From assembly GCA_037447605.1 (NCBI GenBank), contig CM074822.1, forward strand, positions 1,263,492-1,327,491: 64,000 nucleotides of DNA, written 5' to 3'. The notes beneath the pieces are model-generated. The model did not search any database. It was not told the DNA's origin and was given only the letters and a program-made list of their open reading frames with translations. This document shows positions 1 through 12,440 of this stretch, piece after piece. The stretch comes from Zygnema circumcarinatum SAG 698-1b (taxonomy: Eukaryota > Plantae > Zygnematophyceae). Position numbers and translations under genes: made by a program. Each line of letters begins with the position of its first letter. Position 1 is the stretch's first letter.

Positions 1-2613
1 GACCACACCTCCCCTCCACTCCCAACAACAAACGTGGTGTAATCACCAGCCGCCACGTGGCACACTTTTGTCGTTTCCGGCCCTCCCAAACCCTCCACCA
101 CTCTCGGAAAAAGCTCACATTGGTCGCTCCCATGTCCCAAACATCCATGCCGACCCCATCCCCATGTGGCCACTCTCCCATCCATAGAGAGAGCGGCTGC
201 ATGCCACGCGCCAGCGGCGACTGCCATTGGCTGAAAATTTAGGGTTCCAAAATGCTCAATTTTCCGAGGCAAGCGTTCGTCGCTTCGGCTTCCATGACCG
301 AGCTTTCCACCGAGACCGCAACCGACAGACCAGACAGATCTGGGGAGGTGGGAGAGGGGAGAGAGGTAGAGAGTGGGAGAGGAGGAGAAAGGGAGAGAAG
401 GAGAGAAGCGAGAGGGGAGAGGGACAGTGGGTAGAGGGGAGAGGGAGAGAGGGGAGAAGGCGATAGGGGAGAGGGAGACAGACAGGGGAGAGGAGAGAGG
501 GGAGAGGGACAGTGGGTAGTGGGGAGAGGGAGAGAGGGGAGAAGGCGATAGGGGAGAGGGAGACAGGGGAGAGGAGAGAGGGGCGAGGGACAGTGGGGAG
601 AGGAGAGAGGGAGAGGGAAGAGGGGGGAGGGAGAGAGGCGAGAGGGAGAAAGGGAAGAGGGCGAGAGGGGGGAGGAGAGTGGAGGAGAGAGAGAGAGTGG
701 GGGTGAGAGTGGCGGTAGGGAGAAAGAAAGGGGGAGATGAGAGGGGAGAGGGAGTGGAGGGAGCGAGGATGGGAGATGAAGAGGGGGAGGGGAGAGAGGT
801 GCGGGAATAAGGAAGGGCGGGACAAAAAGTGGAGAAAAGGGAGAGAAGGAAGAGTGAGACGGAGGGAGGCAAGACAAAAAAAACAGAGAAAGACAGGAGA
901 TAAACAGTTAACATTAGGATTTTTTTACTAGAGACAAAGAGATTGTATGAAGCCCTCTGTCTCTCTCCTTCCTCCGCTTTCTACTCTCTTCTCCCCCTTC
1001 TCCTCCTCTTCCCCGCTTTTCCTTTCACACTCACTCTCCCTCCAACTGCCTCTCCCTCTCTCATCCCAGATCCCTCCTCAACCCCTCAGTCCTCTCTCCC
1101 TCTCCCTCTCCCTCCTCCCTCCATAACCCCTCCCCCTCTCACATCCCTCGATCGCCCCCGCTCCCGCACCTCCCCCTCACCCCCATTCTCCGTCTTCCTC
1201 CCTCTCCCTCTCCCTCTCCCTCTCCCTCTCCGCCCTCCCTCACCCACCTGCCATTCTCTCCACAGGCGAGAGCCAGCAGATAACAATGTCCCCCTGCGAT
1301 CTGCACCACTGGCAGGCTGCCAAGTGGCCCTTCCAGGACACGTGGCATCATGTCATTGGAGTCTGTCGCGTGGCCCAGCCTCTCCTTCTCCCCCCATGCC
1401 AGAGTGTACACCCTCCCCTCTCGCGATAAAACTGCTGTAAAAAAACTCCCCATAGAAACCTGCAAAATTCCAATCCTTCAATTCACATTAAAAATCAAAA
1501 ACGTCCTTTCATACCCCCCTTTCTTTCCTATCTTCCTTTCCAGAACCTTATCGTTTGATAGCCCATTTCCCCCTCTCCTCCCCCTCACCTTTTTTCCTCC
1601 CTTTTTTATATCAAACATTAAAAATTTAAATTAAAACTTAAACTGTAAACTTTAAACTTCAAACTTTAAACTTAAACTTTAAAACTTTAAACTTAAGCTT
1701 AAAACTTTAAACTTAAACTTTAAACTTTAAATGTAAATTTAAACTTCAACTTTAAACTTTCACTTTTAAACTTAAACTTTAAACTGTAAACTTTAAACTT
1801 CAAACTTTAAACTTAAACTTTAAAACTTTAAACTTAAGCTTAAAACTTTAAACTTAAACTTTAAACTTTAAATGTAAACTTAAACTTCAACTTTAAACTT
1901 TCACTTTTAAACTTAACTTTAAACTGTAAACTTTAAACTTAAACTAATAAACATTAGAATGAATGGTTACACTGCTACTACTAGGGTTACCGTACATTGT
2001 ACCTGTACGGTCCAGATGCCCTTGAGAGGCTCCACACGTGTGGGAGCGGGAATCCCGCGGGGCGAGAGCGGGCCCGCCTCCTCCTGCTCGCCAAAGCCGT
2101 CACGTCCCGCGCGGTAGACCTCCCCCCCCGCGCCGACCAGCATGGTGCGGGACCGACCGGCGGCGACCTGGACGATGCGGACGCCCAGAAGGGACCTGAG
2201 GGAGAGGGGAGAGAGAGGGGGAGAGGGTGGGAGGGGGTGGGAGAGGGTGGGAGAGGGCTGAGTTGGGGTGGGAGAGGGTGGGAGGTAGCAGGAGGGCTAG
2301 AGATACGACGAGGTGGACAATTGAGGAGGGGCGAGGAGTGGGAGACGTGGTTGTGCGGGGGATGGGGGGCAGGAGAGGGGTGAGAGACGGAAAGAGGGAG
2401 AGAACGAGAGGACGGGTGAGATAAGGTCAACGGGGGTGTGGGTATAACGACGGGTGGGAGACGTGGGAACAGTGTGGAAAGGTGGTGAAGGGGAGAGAGC
2501 GAGGAAATGGAGGAGTTAGGACAGGAGAGGAGGGAGTGAAAGAGAGAGAGTGGATGGGGGGGAGCGGGAGTTGTATCAAAAGATAGGGGAAATTAACATC
2601 TATAAAGAGATGC

Positions 2614-2675
<62 letters not shown>

Positions 2676-3822
2676 AAGTCAATGCAGAGGAAGTGTACAT
2701 TAACCGCCGAGGGCGAAACTCTGTCGCTGTGGATCCATGTCCGAGCTGTCCAGCGTTTCCGTTCCCAAAGGTCCAAACAGTTCCGTTGCGGCTAACGGCC
2801 GCACTATGGGCACACCCGGCCACCACTTGGCTTCTCCCTCTCCTGCTACGTGGCAGGGGTCCGTACAGCATGCGCCACGTGGCATCAGGTGGGGGAAAAG
2901 GAAGTACTCATTTGCTCGGAAACTGTAACTGAAGAAGCAATATCCTTGTTATTGGTATTTAGGAGAAAATGCATCTCTAAGAAGGTCTATATATATATTG
3001 AGATTGCAGCGCTATATCTGGAGTGAAAGCAATACTTAGATTTCTGAGTTCAAGCTCGATTTGGAGAGGTAGTTCTTTCAGATTTTGGGCCAACCAGAAG
3101 CCCCTGACTTCAAATATATACACATGCATATATATATATGTTTTCCTTTCCTTTAAAAGTTGTAGCTGTTTAAATTCGACGTACCGGCAACAAATTTCTC
3201 CCGCTTGGAAGAAGCGCAAGAGAAGCTTCCAGGAACCTCCGCACCGCGTCTTTAGTGCCTCCCTTTCGTCCTCTTCCATGGCCGCAAACGACAAACGGCG
3301 CCGACACATGTCAAAAGCCGCCACTTCGGCCACTGACAGAGTGACATCTGGCGGGAATCCGGCAGGGATCCGGAAGAAGGTCCACGTGGCCTGCACATTT
3401 GACCAATGGAGCGGCGCCACGTGGCAGCAATCAGCCTTCTACTCTTTGCTATATGACTAAACACGAAGAACATACCAAGTACATTGTAACCCAAACAGAC
3501 AAAAACACACATATATGAAGGAAAAGATGTGGCACATATATGTGTATATATACATACATGTAAAACAAGTATGAGGAAAAAATCGATAAAATCTTACCTC
3601 AAGTTTGGCCAAGTCCTCTGCTGCCAATCCCGACTCGACAAGAACACGCAGGGCCAGCTCAGGATTGGCTGAAAGGAAAAACTCTCCTCCCCCATTGGTC
3701 CCAGTGCTACTGCTGCTGACGTGGCGCCTCCACAGGCGTTCCCCTGTTGGAGGCGACGGAGTGCCTGGTTCCATGTCTGTGATCGAGCGTTCCGTAAATT
3801 TTGAACTTGTCAGACTGCCCAT
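1..3822 (-). CDS. RCC1-repeat (regulator of chromosome condensation) family protein, plant type with N-terminal extension; 3' end beyond window start. Exons: 3598-3774 (or to the upstream ATG at 3822), 3185-3390, 2699-2842, 2003-2195, 1248-1459, <1-339
   Basis: The exons join in frame across GT-AG introns and give successive RCC1 blades: QVVAGCAHSAAVSRNGTVWTFGNGNAGQLGHG, VQVAAGRSRTMLVGAGGEVYRAG, SVWSVGCGLGGKLGHGS, AVAAGAWHAAALSMDGRVATWGWGRHGCLGHGS. The N-terminal FFLSANPELALRVL...RCGGSWKLLLRF resembles plant RCC1 proteins as I recall them. The start codon is uncertain. Confidence 0.9.
1620..1950. repeat. Extremely AT-rich (TAAACTT/TTTAAAC) intronic satellite with about 140-bp higher-order period
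   Basis: The marker AAACTGTAAACTTTAAACTT recurs at 1641, 1781 and 1921, inside the RCC1 intron 1460-2002. Confidence 0.9.
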
Positions 3823-6800
3823 CTGCCCATCACTCAAAGCAGAGCCAAAAAAGGGGAGCCAGTGAGAATGGAACATCAGCCTCATTAAAGGGAGCTGATA
3901 AGGAAACATGAGGATCAGGCAAAAAGGGGCGATTGTTTTTTTGGGGGGGGGGGGGGGGGNNNNNNNNNNGGGGGGGGGGGGGGGGGGGTAGATGTGGAAT
4001 TGGGTCAACCACGAAGATCAACACATTGTTGGATTCTCTGTCTCATGGGGAGTTCAATGGTACCTTCAGCGGATCAAGTGATGCATCCGATGCAAAGATC
4101 CAACGGCTCAAACTTTCCCTCCCACTAAAGCAGGCATTCATTCCTTTCTCTCACGATTTACAGACCGGAAAAATCTCAAAAATCGACCGGTAGTTACTTC
4201 CAAATATGTAGTCACGATTTTGATGACAAAAAATACGGCTTCCAAACCATTGTGACTTCTGTCACCTTAAGACTCGCAGGCAAACGCTAAGTAAAGTTGC
4301 ATGTATGTGAACGGCTTCAGATGTGGCCAATGGGCGCGCGACGCGTGGCCATGCAGGGTGCAGCCCGTACGACCGTACGCATTTGTCTCGTGCAATCGTA
4401 CTGCTAACGTGTACGGATTTCGTACCATCCTTTCGTACTTTTCGTACTTGGTTTGTACGGTAAAAACTGGTTTCTGGTCCAAGAAAGGCATGACCAAGGG
4501 TTTTCGGTTTGGTGGTCAACGACCTCACTTTGACCATGAATATCTCTTCAAGCGTTGAAGTTATTGATGTTTGAAAACTGATATGAGAATCTCGACAGTC
4601 AGAATTTCACTATGCCAAGTTTCGGTTAAAATCGGAAAAAATCCAAAATCTTTTGCTTTTCAAGGGTCAAATTTACGGTCCTAGTTAACTTGGGAGAATG
4701 CTTCTTAAATTTTTAGCACGTTGCCTTTCCGACATTTGATCCCCCAACAACCTATTGAATATTTGCATTCATCTGGCAAAAAAAAAAAAGTACAATTCTC
4801 GCTACAAACATAGATGGATGCATGCCATGTCCCGCATGGAGCCATGTGTGGGATCCCATGCCGAGGCATGTTATGTCCCCCCCCCTCCCCCAAAATAAAA
4901 AATATCAGCAAAACCACATACAATTGTCACTTCACCCATGTCACGCCATGATGGAGTGTAATGCCATGTATGTCATAGTCAAGTTACAGCATTCCAACTG
5001 TCACGTCTCATCATCATGTCAGGTCACATTCCTGATGAAATCCACTGTCATATCATTTGCATTTAACAGAGATAGTTGATGAAAATTCAACATAATTTAT
5101 GCAGTTCTAGGCAGGTTTGCTGACAGCGTATTAGCAAGTCTTCTCAGATCACATCAATGCAGAGATCAAAGAGAGAGAAAGGCAAATGCGGCGCAACAAG
5201 CAAGCCACGAATACAAAAAGCAGCATCTTATGAAGTCAATATCTTCATAACATTCAGACAGCCATTCAGGTCATTCCAGTAAGTTCATTTTTTCTTCTCG
5301 CAAATGATTGAAAATAAGAAAGAGCAGAACGGAGGAATGAAGCCTACCGAGCTTTCTGAAGCAGCCAGGATGACGTGTCAATATGTTGCCACGTGTCACC
5401 TCGTAACAATGCCACGTGAACTGGTATTCGCCTCAGTCTCCTCCGTCCTTCTCTGCCCGGGAGCGGCAGAGAAGGGAGAAGAAGAGAAGAGAGAGAGAGA
5501 GAACGTGGAGTGAAAGACAGAGAGAGGGAAACGACGGAGAGAGGGAGAACGCGAGAGAGAGAGAAAAGGTGGAGCGAAAGGCAAAGAGGGGGGGACGAGG
5601 GGGAGAGAGAGAGTGATAGATAGAGAGAGGGAGAGAGCGCGCGAGAGAGAGAGGGAGAGAGAGAGAGACGGAGGAAAATATAGAAGAACGACGAACGGAG
5701 TACGGACCCGGGAAATCAAGGAGAGGAAAAATGAGAGAAACAGAGAGAGGGAGGGAGACTAAATGAGAGAGAGAGGAGGATGCGAGAGCTCTCCAAAAGC
5801 TGCCTATGGCCTCCTTATTTTCCACTATCCTGCAGCAGCCATGGCTCCTCTCTCCTCTTCGCTACTGCTCTGCCCCTTCCCCTTGGTAGATGGACCTCTC
5901 TACGTCCTAATTTTAGGGTTGGCAGAAGTGCAGGGGCGTATATGGCATGCAGGGCTGCATGTATGTATGGATGTGTGAACATGTAGGGGCATGGATGGAT
6001 GGATGGATGGATGGATGGATGGATGGTAGATGTATGGACGTATGTTGTATGTACCAATGGATGTATGGATGATGATATGTATGTATGCATGTATGTATGG
6101 ATGGATGTATGGAGGAGATTAGAAATTTGGCAGCATCTGCGAGGGAGCCCCTGCTGCATGCAGAGAGGCTCGGAATTCTGCAGGCAGGGAGGGGCAGTGA
6201 CCAGTTTGGAAAATAGTTTTTCCCATAATGTGGAAGAATTTTGATACGGACAATGATCATTATAACTGACCGCAGAGTATGAAGAGATCTGATTGGCCTA
6301 TGTAAAGGTTTCATCTGTTCCAAAACTCTGGGAGCCAATGAAAAGTGTCGGGTAGGTTGTGGAAAAAAAGGGCTTTTCTGGATGGATCATTCACCACGTG
6401 GCTGATTTTTGGAGCTCGGACAGACCACGTGACACTTGCCACGTGGCAATGAGTCAGCAGTAATGTACGGGAAATGTCCGTACATTAATGCGTCCAAAAA
6501 TGACCCGTTAGATTCATAAATGTCGATACCTTTTGTCGGTTCTTGATGACGTGGACTGCCTCTAGCACTTTAACGAATCAGGGACTGCCACGTAGGAAAC
6601 GATATATGCTCAACAGGCAGTTGAAACGGCTGCTGGCATAAAAAGGGATGGTAGTGACGTCAGTCCTCTATCCTGGTCAGAAACGGGTAAGTAACAAATT
6701 CCTAATTTAATAAAAAAATCTGACGGTCATTGCTTCTCGAAATGAGAATGGTCGGTCAGATTCACTCCGAGGGGCGAAACATTTCCTTTTATTTCTGCCC

Positions 6801-8155
6801 GTATATTTGGGCAGAAAAGATACTGATTAAAAAAAGCTTCACAGTTCGGACCAGTGGATCGGCAACCATTGGACAACCATTGGATGGCAATGGTTGGACG
6901 TCTACTGGTTGGCAACCAGTCGACTGGTTGCCAACCAGTGGCATCCACTGGTTCCAAACCAGTCGAATGGTTGTTTCGGTCCGCAACCACTGGTTGGCAA
7001 CCAGTCGAATGGTTGCCTACCAGTGGATCCACTGGTTGGCAACCAGTCGACTGGTTTGGAACCAGTGGATGCCACTGTGAGCGGCCTCAACTCCCTTTAC
7101 CACTCTTCACAGACAATCAGTCCTCCATTGCTCTCATGGAGAATCCGGTGTTCCACAAGAGGAGCAAGCATTTCCGGATCCAGTACCATTACGTGAGACA
7201 CGAGGTGAGGGAAGGACTTGTTGACATCAAGTTCATTGGAACCAGGGAGCAAGCAGCCGACATGCTGACGAAGGAGGTCAGTGGTGAGACCTTGAGGATT
7301 AATTCAGATCTCATTGGGCTGGGGCCCTTTAGGAACTAAAGTGCCAAAGAGGGGGAATGTTAGTGTACATAGCTAGTTTAGATTAGCATGTTTGTGTTGG
7401 CGCTTAGTTCTTAGGGGTGTGCTTCTAGGTGTGAGATGTATGGGGGCGGACTTGCTTCATGGTTGACTCAAGAGCGTGCGCGCGGAGGCGAAACCGACCG
7501 ACAGCCGTACGGACAGTACGGACAGGAGTCCGACATTCAGTACCGCTCCGAGGAATCGGTCTTAGAGTACAGAATCGTGGAATGATGCGGCGGCGGAAGA
7601 CGGCGGAGTCGGTGGAGGCGGCGGAGCCTACTTTGAGTACGGAAGTTAGTCCTTGTGAGTGACGGCGGGATGTTCAGCCCGACGGTAAAGTACATGGCCA
7701 TCTGGGTTAGAGCGGTGGTGTTGGTACGTTGCCAGGCTAGACGTACTTTGCATAGCAAGACACGAAGTAGTTTATTTAGGTTGTTTGAATAAGGTTGTTG
7801 CATGCATGGTCCCGGCGTGTGTGACGTGACATTGTCACGTCACAGCCCCATACTATATAGTGACAGTGGGTGTGTAAGATAGTAACCTTCGTAACCTTCT
7901 TGATGAGCATTGCAAAGCTACGGCAGTTTGAGGCATGGCTTTGGCAACAGGAGGTGGACCTTTGTGAGGAGTCTCCGTGTGTGGAGAGCTGCCTCTGTCA
8001 CGGCTGAAATCTAACTCCTTCAGCCTGCGCGGAATAACACTCGACCAGCACTCAGAGTTCAGAGAGAGAGAGAGAGAGAGAGTTTCAGAGGGTGGCGCAG
8101 CCCCCGGCAGGGGTGCAACCGAATGCCGGTACGTTGGTTGGTTGGNNNNNNNNNN

Positions 8156-10244
8156 GAAGGGAGGCCTGTATTACCTTCATTATAGGAGAGAAGAAGATGA
8201 GGGTGTGATGGCTGTAACTGAGGGTGCAGTAAATCTTTGGCATCGTAGACTTGGTCATCTAAACCATAGGGGACTGCAACAGCTTGCTGCAAAGGGGCTG
8301 GTCCGCGGGTTAGACGTTGACGTAGTTGAGAAGGAGCTAGGCTTTTGCAAAGAGTGTGTAGAGGGGAAAGCGCACAGGAGACCTTTCTCGAGGAGTGGAG
8401 AGGAGTCATTTCACGCGCAAGAGAAACTGGAATTGGTTCATACCGATTTGTGTGGACCCGTGACACCGGCAACGAGCGGAGGAGCTCGCTACTTCATCAC
8501 CTTCCTCGACGATTTTTCGAGGAAAATTTGGGTGAAAATTCTCAAGTACAAATCTGAAGCTTTCGGAGCGTTCAGAGATTGGCAGACTCAGATGGAGCGA
8601 GAGAGCGGTCAGAACATGAAGACGCTCCGCTCGGACAACGGAGGGGAATTCAAGTCGAAGGAGTTCGGCGGGTACTTGAAGGCTCGCGGAATAAGGCATG
8701 GTACTTACGCTCATACTCCCCTCAAAGTAATGGGCTGGCGAGAGGGTCAATAGGACAATTTGGGGACATGGCACGAACCATGCTGATAGATTCCCCCTTC
8801 CCGGCATCTTTTTGGGGAGAGGCGGTGATGACCGCAACTTACCTTAGAAATAGATGCCCATCATGCATTGGCAAAGATCGGAGTTCTGAGGTGTGGAGTG
8901 GGAAACCCGCGATTGTCCCACTTGAGCAGGCCTTGGCTGGCAGTGAAGCGATTGCAGCGGCGAAGAAAGTTCGACCCCGAGCGGAAGGAGTACCTTCTGA
9001 AGCTACAACATGGGCGATCACCCTCTTTGGGTGTGAACCCTCGAGCAAACGAAGTCGCGAGCTCGAGAGGTGATGGATGAGAAGAGTGACTCGGTAGGTG
9101 AGACCACCCAAAAGGCGGGTTTGGAAATTATTATGCGAGGATGTGGAGACCAGCGAAAGAAGAGGGCATGGGCGCCTCGAGGTCCCGGCTTGAGAGGAGA
9201 TCAGCATGCGAGGAAGGGGCGAGGAAGTGAGCGGAAGCAGCGCGAGCGTGGAGGCTGGCCCGTGGGAAGTTAGCCAGGGAGCATGGCGGGGAGCGCAACC
9301 GTCGGCGGCCGGAGGCGGCACCGCTATACACTCACCTGTCTGACGAGGAGAACTCGGCCGAAACTGTACCTTTGCATGGGCAGGAGTCTGAGGATTTGGA
9401 GACGGCTGAGAGAGAGGCTATGTTGTCGAGCATGCCTCCCGGGTTTGTCCCGGGGATTTTCTTCAACACGAGGCGGGAGGCGCAAGGACCTCGGAGGAGC
9501 ACCGTGTGTGGTGAGAGGAGCCTGATCACTTTCACAGGGCCCAGCGGTTGCCTAACCTAGATGCGAGGAAAAGAGTGACTCGGCGGACCTGCAGCGGGGA
9601 GCTGCCTTGTTTTTATGATCACGAACCGCAAACCTTTGAGGAAGCGCACGACGGGGTCGATGGAGAGAAGTGGCGAGCAGCAATCGACAGCGAGTGGGAC
9701 AGTTTGATGGAGAATGGCACATGGCGACGAGGGGCTGCAGAGAGGGCCATTAGGAATGCAGTGGGTGTTCAAGGTAAGCGAAAGCGGGCGGAGGTAATGC
9801 GACCGTTACAAGGCGCAGCTGGTGGCGAAGGGCTTCAGCCAGGCGTACGGAATCGACTACACGGAGACCTTCGCCCCCGTGGTGAAGTTCAACTCCCTCC
9901 GTGCCCTAATATCGATTGCAGCAGCCGAGGGGATGCACGTACATCAACTCGATATCAAGACCGCGTTTCTGTACGGAGATCTCGCTGAGGAGATCTACAT
10001 GGTACAGCCCGAAGGGAAAGTTGTCCCGGGGCAGGAGCATCTCGTTTGTCGTCTTGTGAAAAGTNNNNNNNNNNGTGATTTCCGCTGTGCTTGTCTTGTA
10101 GCTTCATTCTGTTGTTATGGGCGATGAGTGAAGTAAGATAGAGCTTTGAGTGTTTGAATGTCTTCATCCGTGGGAACTCAAGTTCCAATGGAGGGCGACA
10201 CCCGAGGTGGCGCCGGAAGTGGGGAGCAAACCCCTGCTTCAACA
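8156..10244 (+). mobile_element. Ty1/Copia fragment (GAG-pre-integrase, integrase, RT N-terminus, LTR 3' end) lying inside the chromovirus 3' LTR
   Basis: LWHRRLGHLN...CKECVEGK; LELVHTDLCGP...FLDDFSRK...LRSDNGGEF; RT YTETFAPVVKFNSLR...HQLDIKTAFLYG. The LTR end CCCCTGCTTCAACA at 10244 matches 26884. There are frameshifts and gaps on both sides, so the assembly order is partly uncertain. Confidence 0.75.
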
Positions 10245-10596
10245 CCTTGACCACTCGGCCCGCGCCCGGGGTGAGAGTACTAGGACGGAGTAAGTCCTAA
10301 GTACACCTCCCGTGGTTGACTGTAGCGTTTCGCTACATTACTCCCCTTTGTGAGAATGTGAACGCCCTCGTTCACAGGTGTGGGGTGGTAAAGGCAGCTC
10401 GTAGTTTCAACGGCACGCGTCAAACTCTACGTGATAACCGGGAGGGCTCAGCGATAATCCCGGTCAAGTCCCTTTCCGAGTTGCGCGGGGACGGCTCAGG
10501 AACCCCCCGAGCCGCCCTCGCCCGCTCTCCTGCGGCCTGCGCCTCCCAGTACAAGTGTATGAGCTCTTGGCAATTGGTCAAGTTGCCCTCGGCTTC

Positions 10597-12440
10597 TTAT
10601 GTGCTATGCTCAACCCCATAGCCCAACCATTTCACGAGGTATTCGTGACGGGAAGAACGACCCCTTCTCACAATTCGGTGGGCTTGAATGGTTTCAACTT
10701 CATACTCAAGTTCACCTTCAAGTTCCACTGGTGGGGGAGGTGGCTGGATCCTCCCATCGCTACGGTAGACCTTTAGCAATCCCACATGAAAGACCGGATG
10801 CACCTTCATGTGAGCTGGTAAATCCAACTTGTAAGCGACATCATTGATTCGCTTCACGACCCGAAAAGGTCCGATGNNNNNNNNNNGACGAGGATGGAGT
10901 CATGCCCCCGAGGTGTCACAGGAAGATCTGTGATCAAGTCCATACCCACACTGTCCCATTTCCGAAAAGGAGGTGTGAGGGGTTGCAGCTGGCCAGGGAT
11001 CCTGCCAGTGCGGGGTTTGTTTCGTTGACAAGTGGGACAAGCGAGTACATACGCTTTCACATCCCTCGAGAGTCCAGGCCACCAGAACTCTCGGAGCAGT
11101 GCCTCACGGGTTTTGGCAACTCCCATGTGACCTCGGTACGGAGGATCATGTAGCTCACCCAGAATGAGCTGCCGTACAGTCCCGGCCTTGGGCACGACCA
11201 ACTGCTGGCCGTGGTACCAAAATCCGTTTTTAGACACCACTTTGTCCTTATAGCCATTACCTTGGCCATCCAGGAACAAAGGATTACCAGTATACCCCTC
11301 CTGGATCATCTGTTTGAGATCAGAGAGAGCAGGAGGGTTGACTGCGTCACTGGTGGAGNNNNNNNNNNCACCGCCATGTCCTCAGGGCGTGGACCACTGC
11401 AAGCAGTTCCTGTTCTGTTGCAGAATAGTTGCGCTCAGCGGGATTCATCTTGCGACTTTCATACGCCAAAGGTTGGCCATCTTGAAACAAGACGGCACCC
11501 AAGGCGAATCCCGAAGCATCACAAACCACTTCATAAGGCTTGGACGGGTCCGCTAAATGGAGAGTGGGTGCGGTAACAAGTGCATGGCGCACACCTTCGA
11601 ATGCATCCTGGCATTCAGGGGTCCATGTAAAGGGGACACCGGAACGTGTCAAATTAGTCAAGGGAGTAACCAATTTACTAAACCCTTGGATGAACTTACG
11701 AAAATAATTCGCAAAGCCCAAAAAAGACCTCAACTGATGCAAGTCAGTCGGTGGCGCCCAAGTCTCGACCGCTGAAACTTTGGCAGGATCACGCCGAAGA
11801 CCCTGATCATTGAGGATATGCCCAAGATAAAGCAACTCGCGTTGCATGAAGTGACACTTCTTCCTCTTAGCATAAAATTGGTGTTTCCTCAGGGTCTCAA
11901 ACACTTTCCGAACGTGTTCAAGATNNNNNNNNNNTTCTGGCTGCTTCCGCTTATTCTTTCCTGCCATCTTGGCAGGAGCTGAGGGTCCCGCCTTCCACGA
12001 CCCTGTCACTTCCGACCTCGGTGGAGGCCGGGAAGGTCCTGCATCGCCTGCAGGGGCGGTGTCCAACTGAATGGCTGCATCAAAGTACAGCTCAGAGTCA
12101 GCGGGGTCCCACGGTTTCAGAGTCCGTGGGTTAGTTCGTAGCTGCTTCCTCAGGTGTGGTTTAAGGCCATTCCTGAAGTGGAAAAAGAACTCAGCCTGAC
12201 CAGGCTTGTGGGTGGTGATTTGTGGCACCACTTGTCGCAGGTCTCGCAGAAACTGCTTGACACTGCCGGTTTGGACCATGTTCTGAAATTTATCCCGGGC
12301 CTCCAAGCCGGGATCCANNNNNNNNNNGGGACGGCCGCAGTCTCCGAGTTCTCCTCCATCACCTCGTCCCGGGGGACAGGTGGTGGAGGTGGCGGCCCCG
12401 AGGGCCCCGGGTCCCCTCCGGCCCGGCGAGTGGTCACCAT
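10597..12440 (-). CDS. Chromovirus gag-pol fragments (gag, RT C-terminus/RNase H, integrase H2C2 finger, chromodomain), broken by N gaps
   Basis: Gag-like QTGSVKQFLRDLRQV. RT/RNase H LRSFLGFANYFRKFI...VVCDASGFALGAVL...EQELLAVVHALRTWR. Integrase HDPPYRGHMG...CPTCQRNK. Chromodomain EYEVETIQAHRIVRRGRSSRHEYLVKWLGYG. Confidence 0.85.

Noticed and set aside
5100-6340. Possible small gene between RCC1 and the TE island
   Set aside because: Several short open frames, but no consistent exon chain or recognisable protein could be built.
6860-7078. Regularly spaced palindromic repeats resembling a CRISPR array (also 13380-14460 and 45560-45780)
   Set aside because: The 'spacers' are themselves repeated, there are no cas genes, the context is eukaryotic, and the arrays lie just inside TIRs with TSDs. 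They are transposon subterminal repeats.
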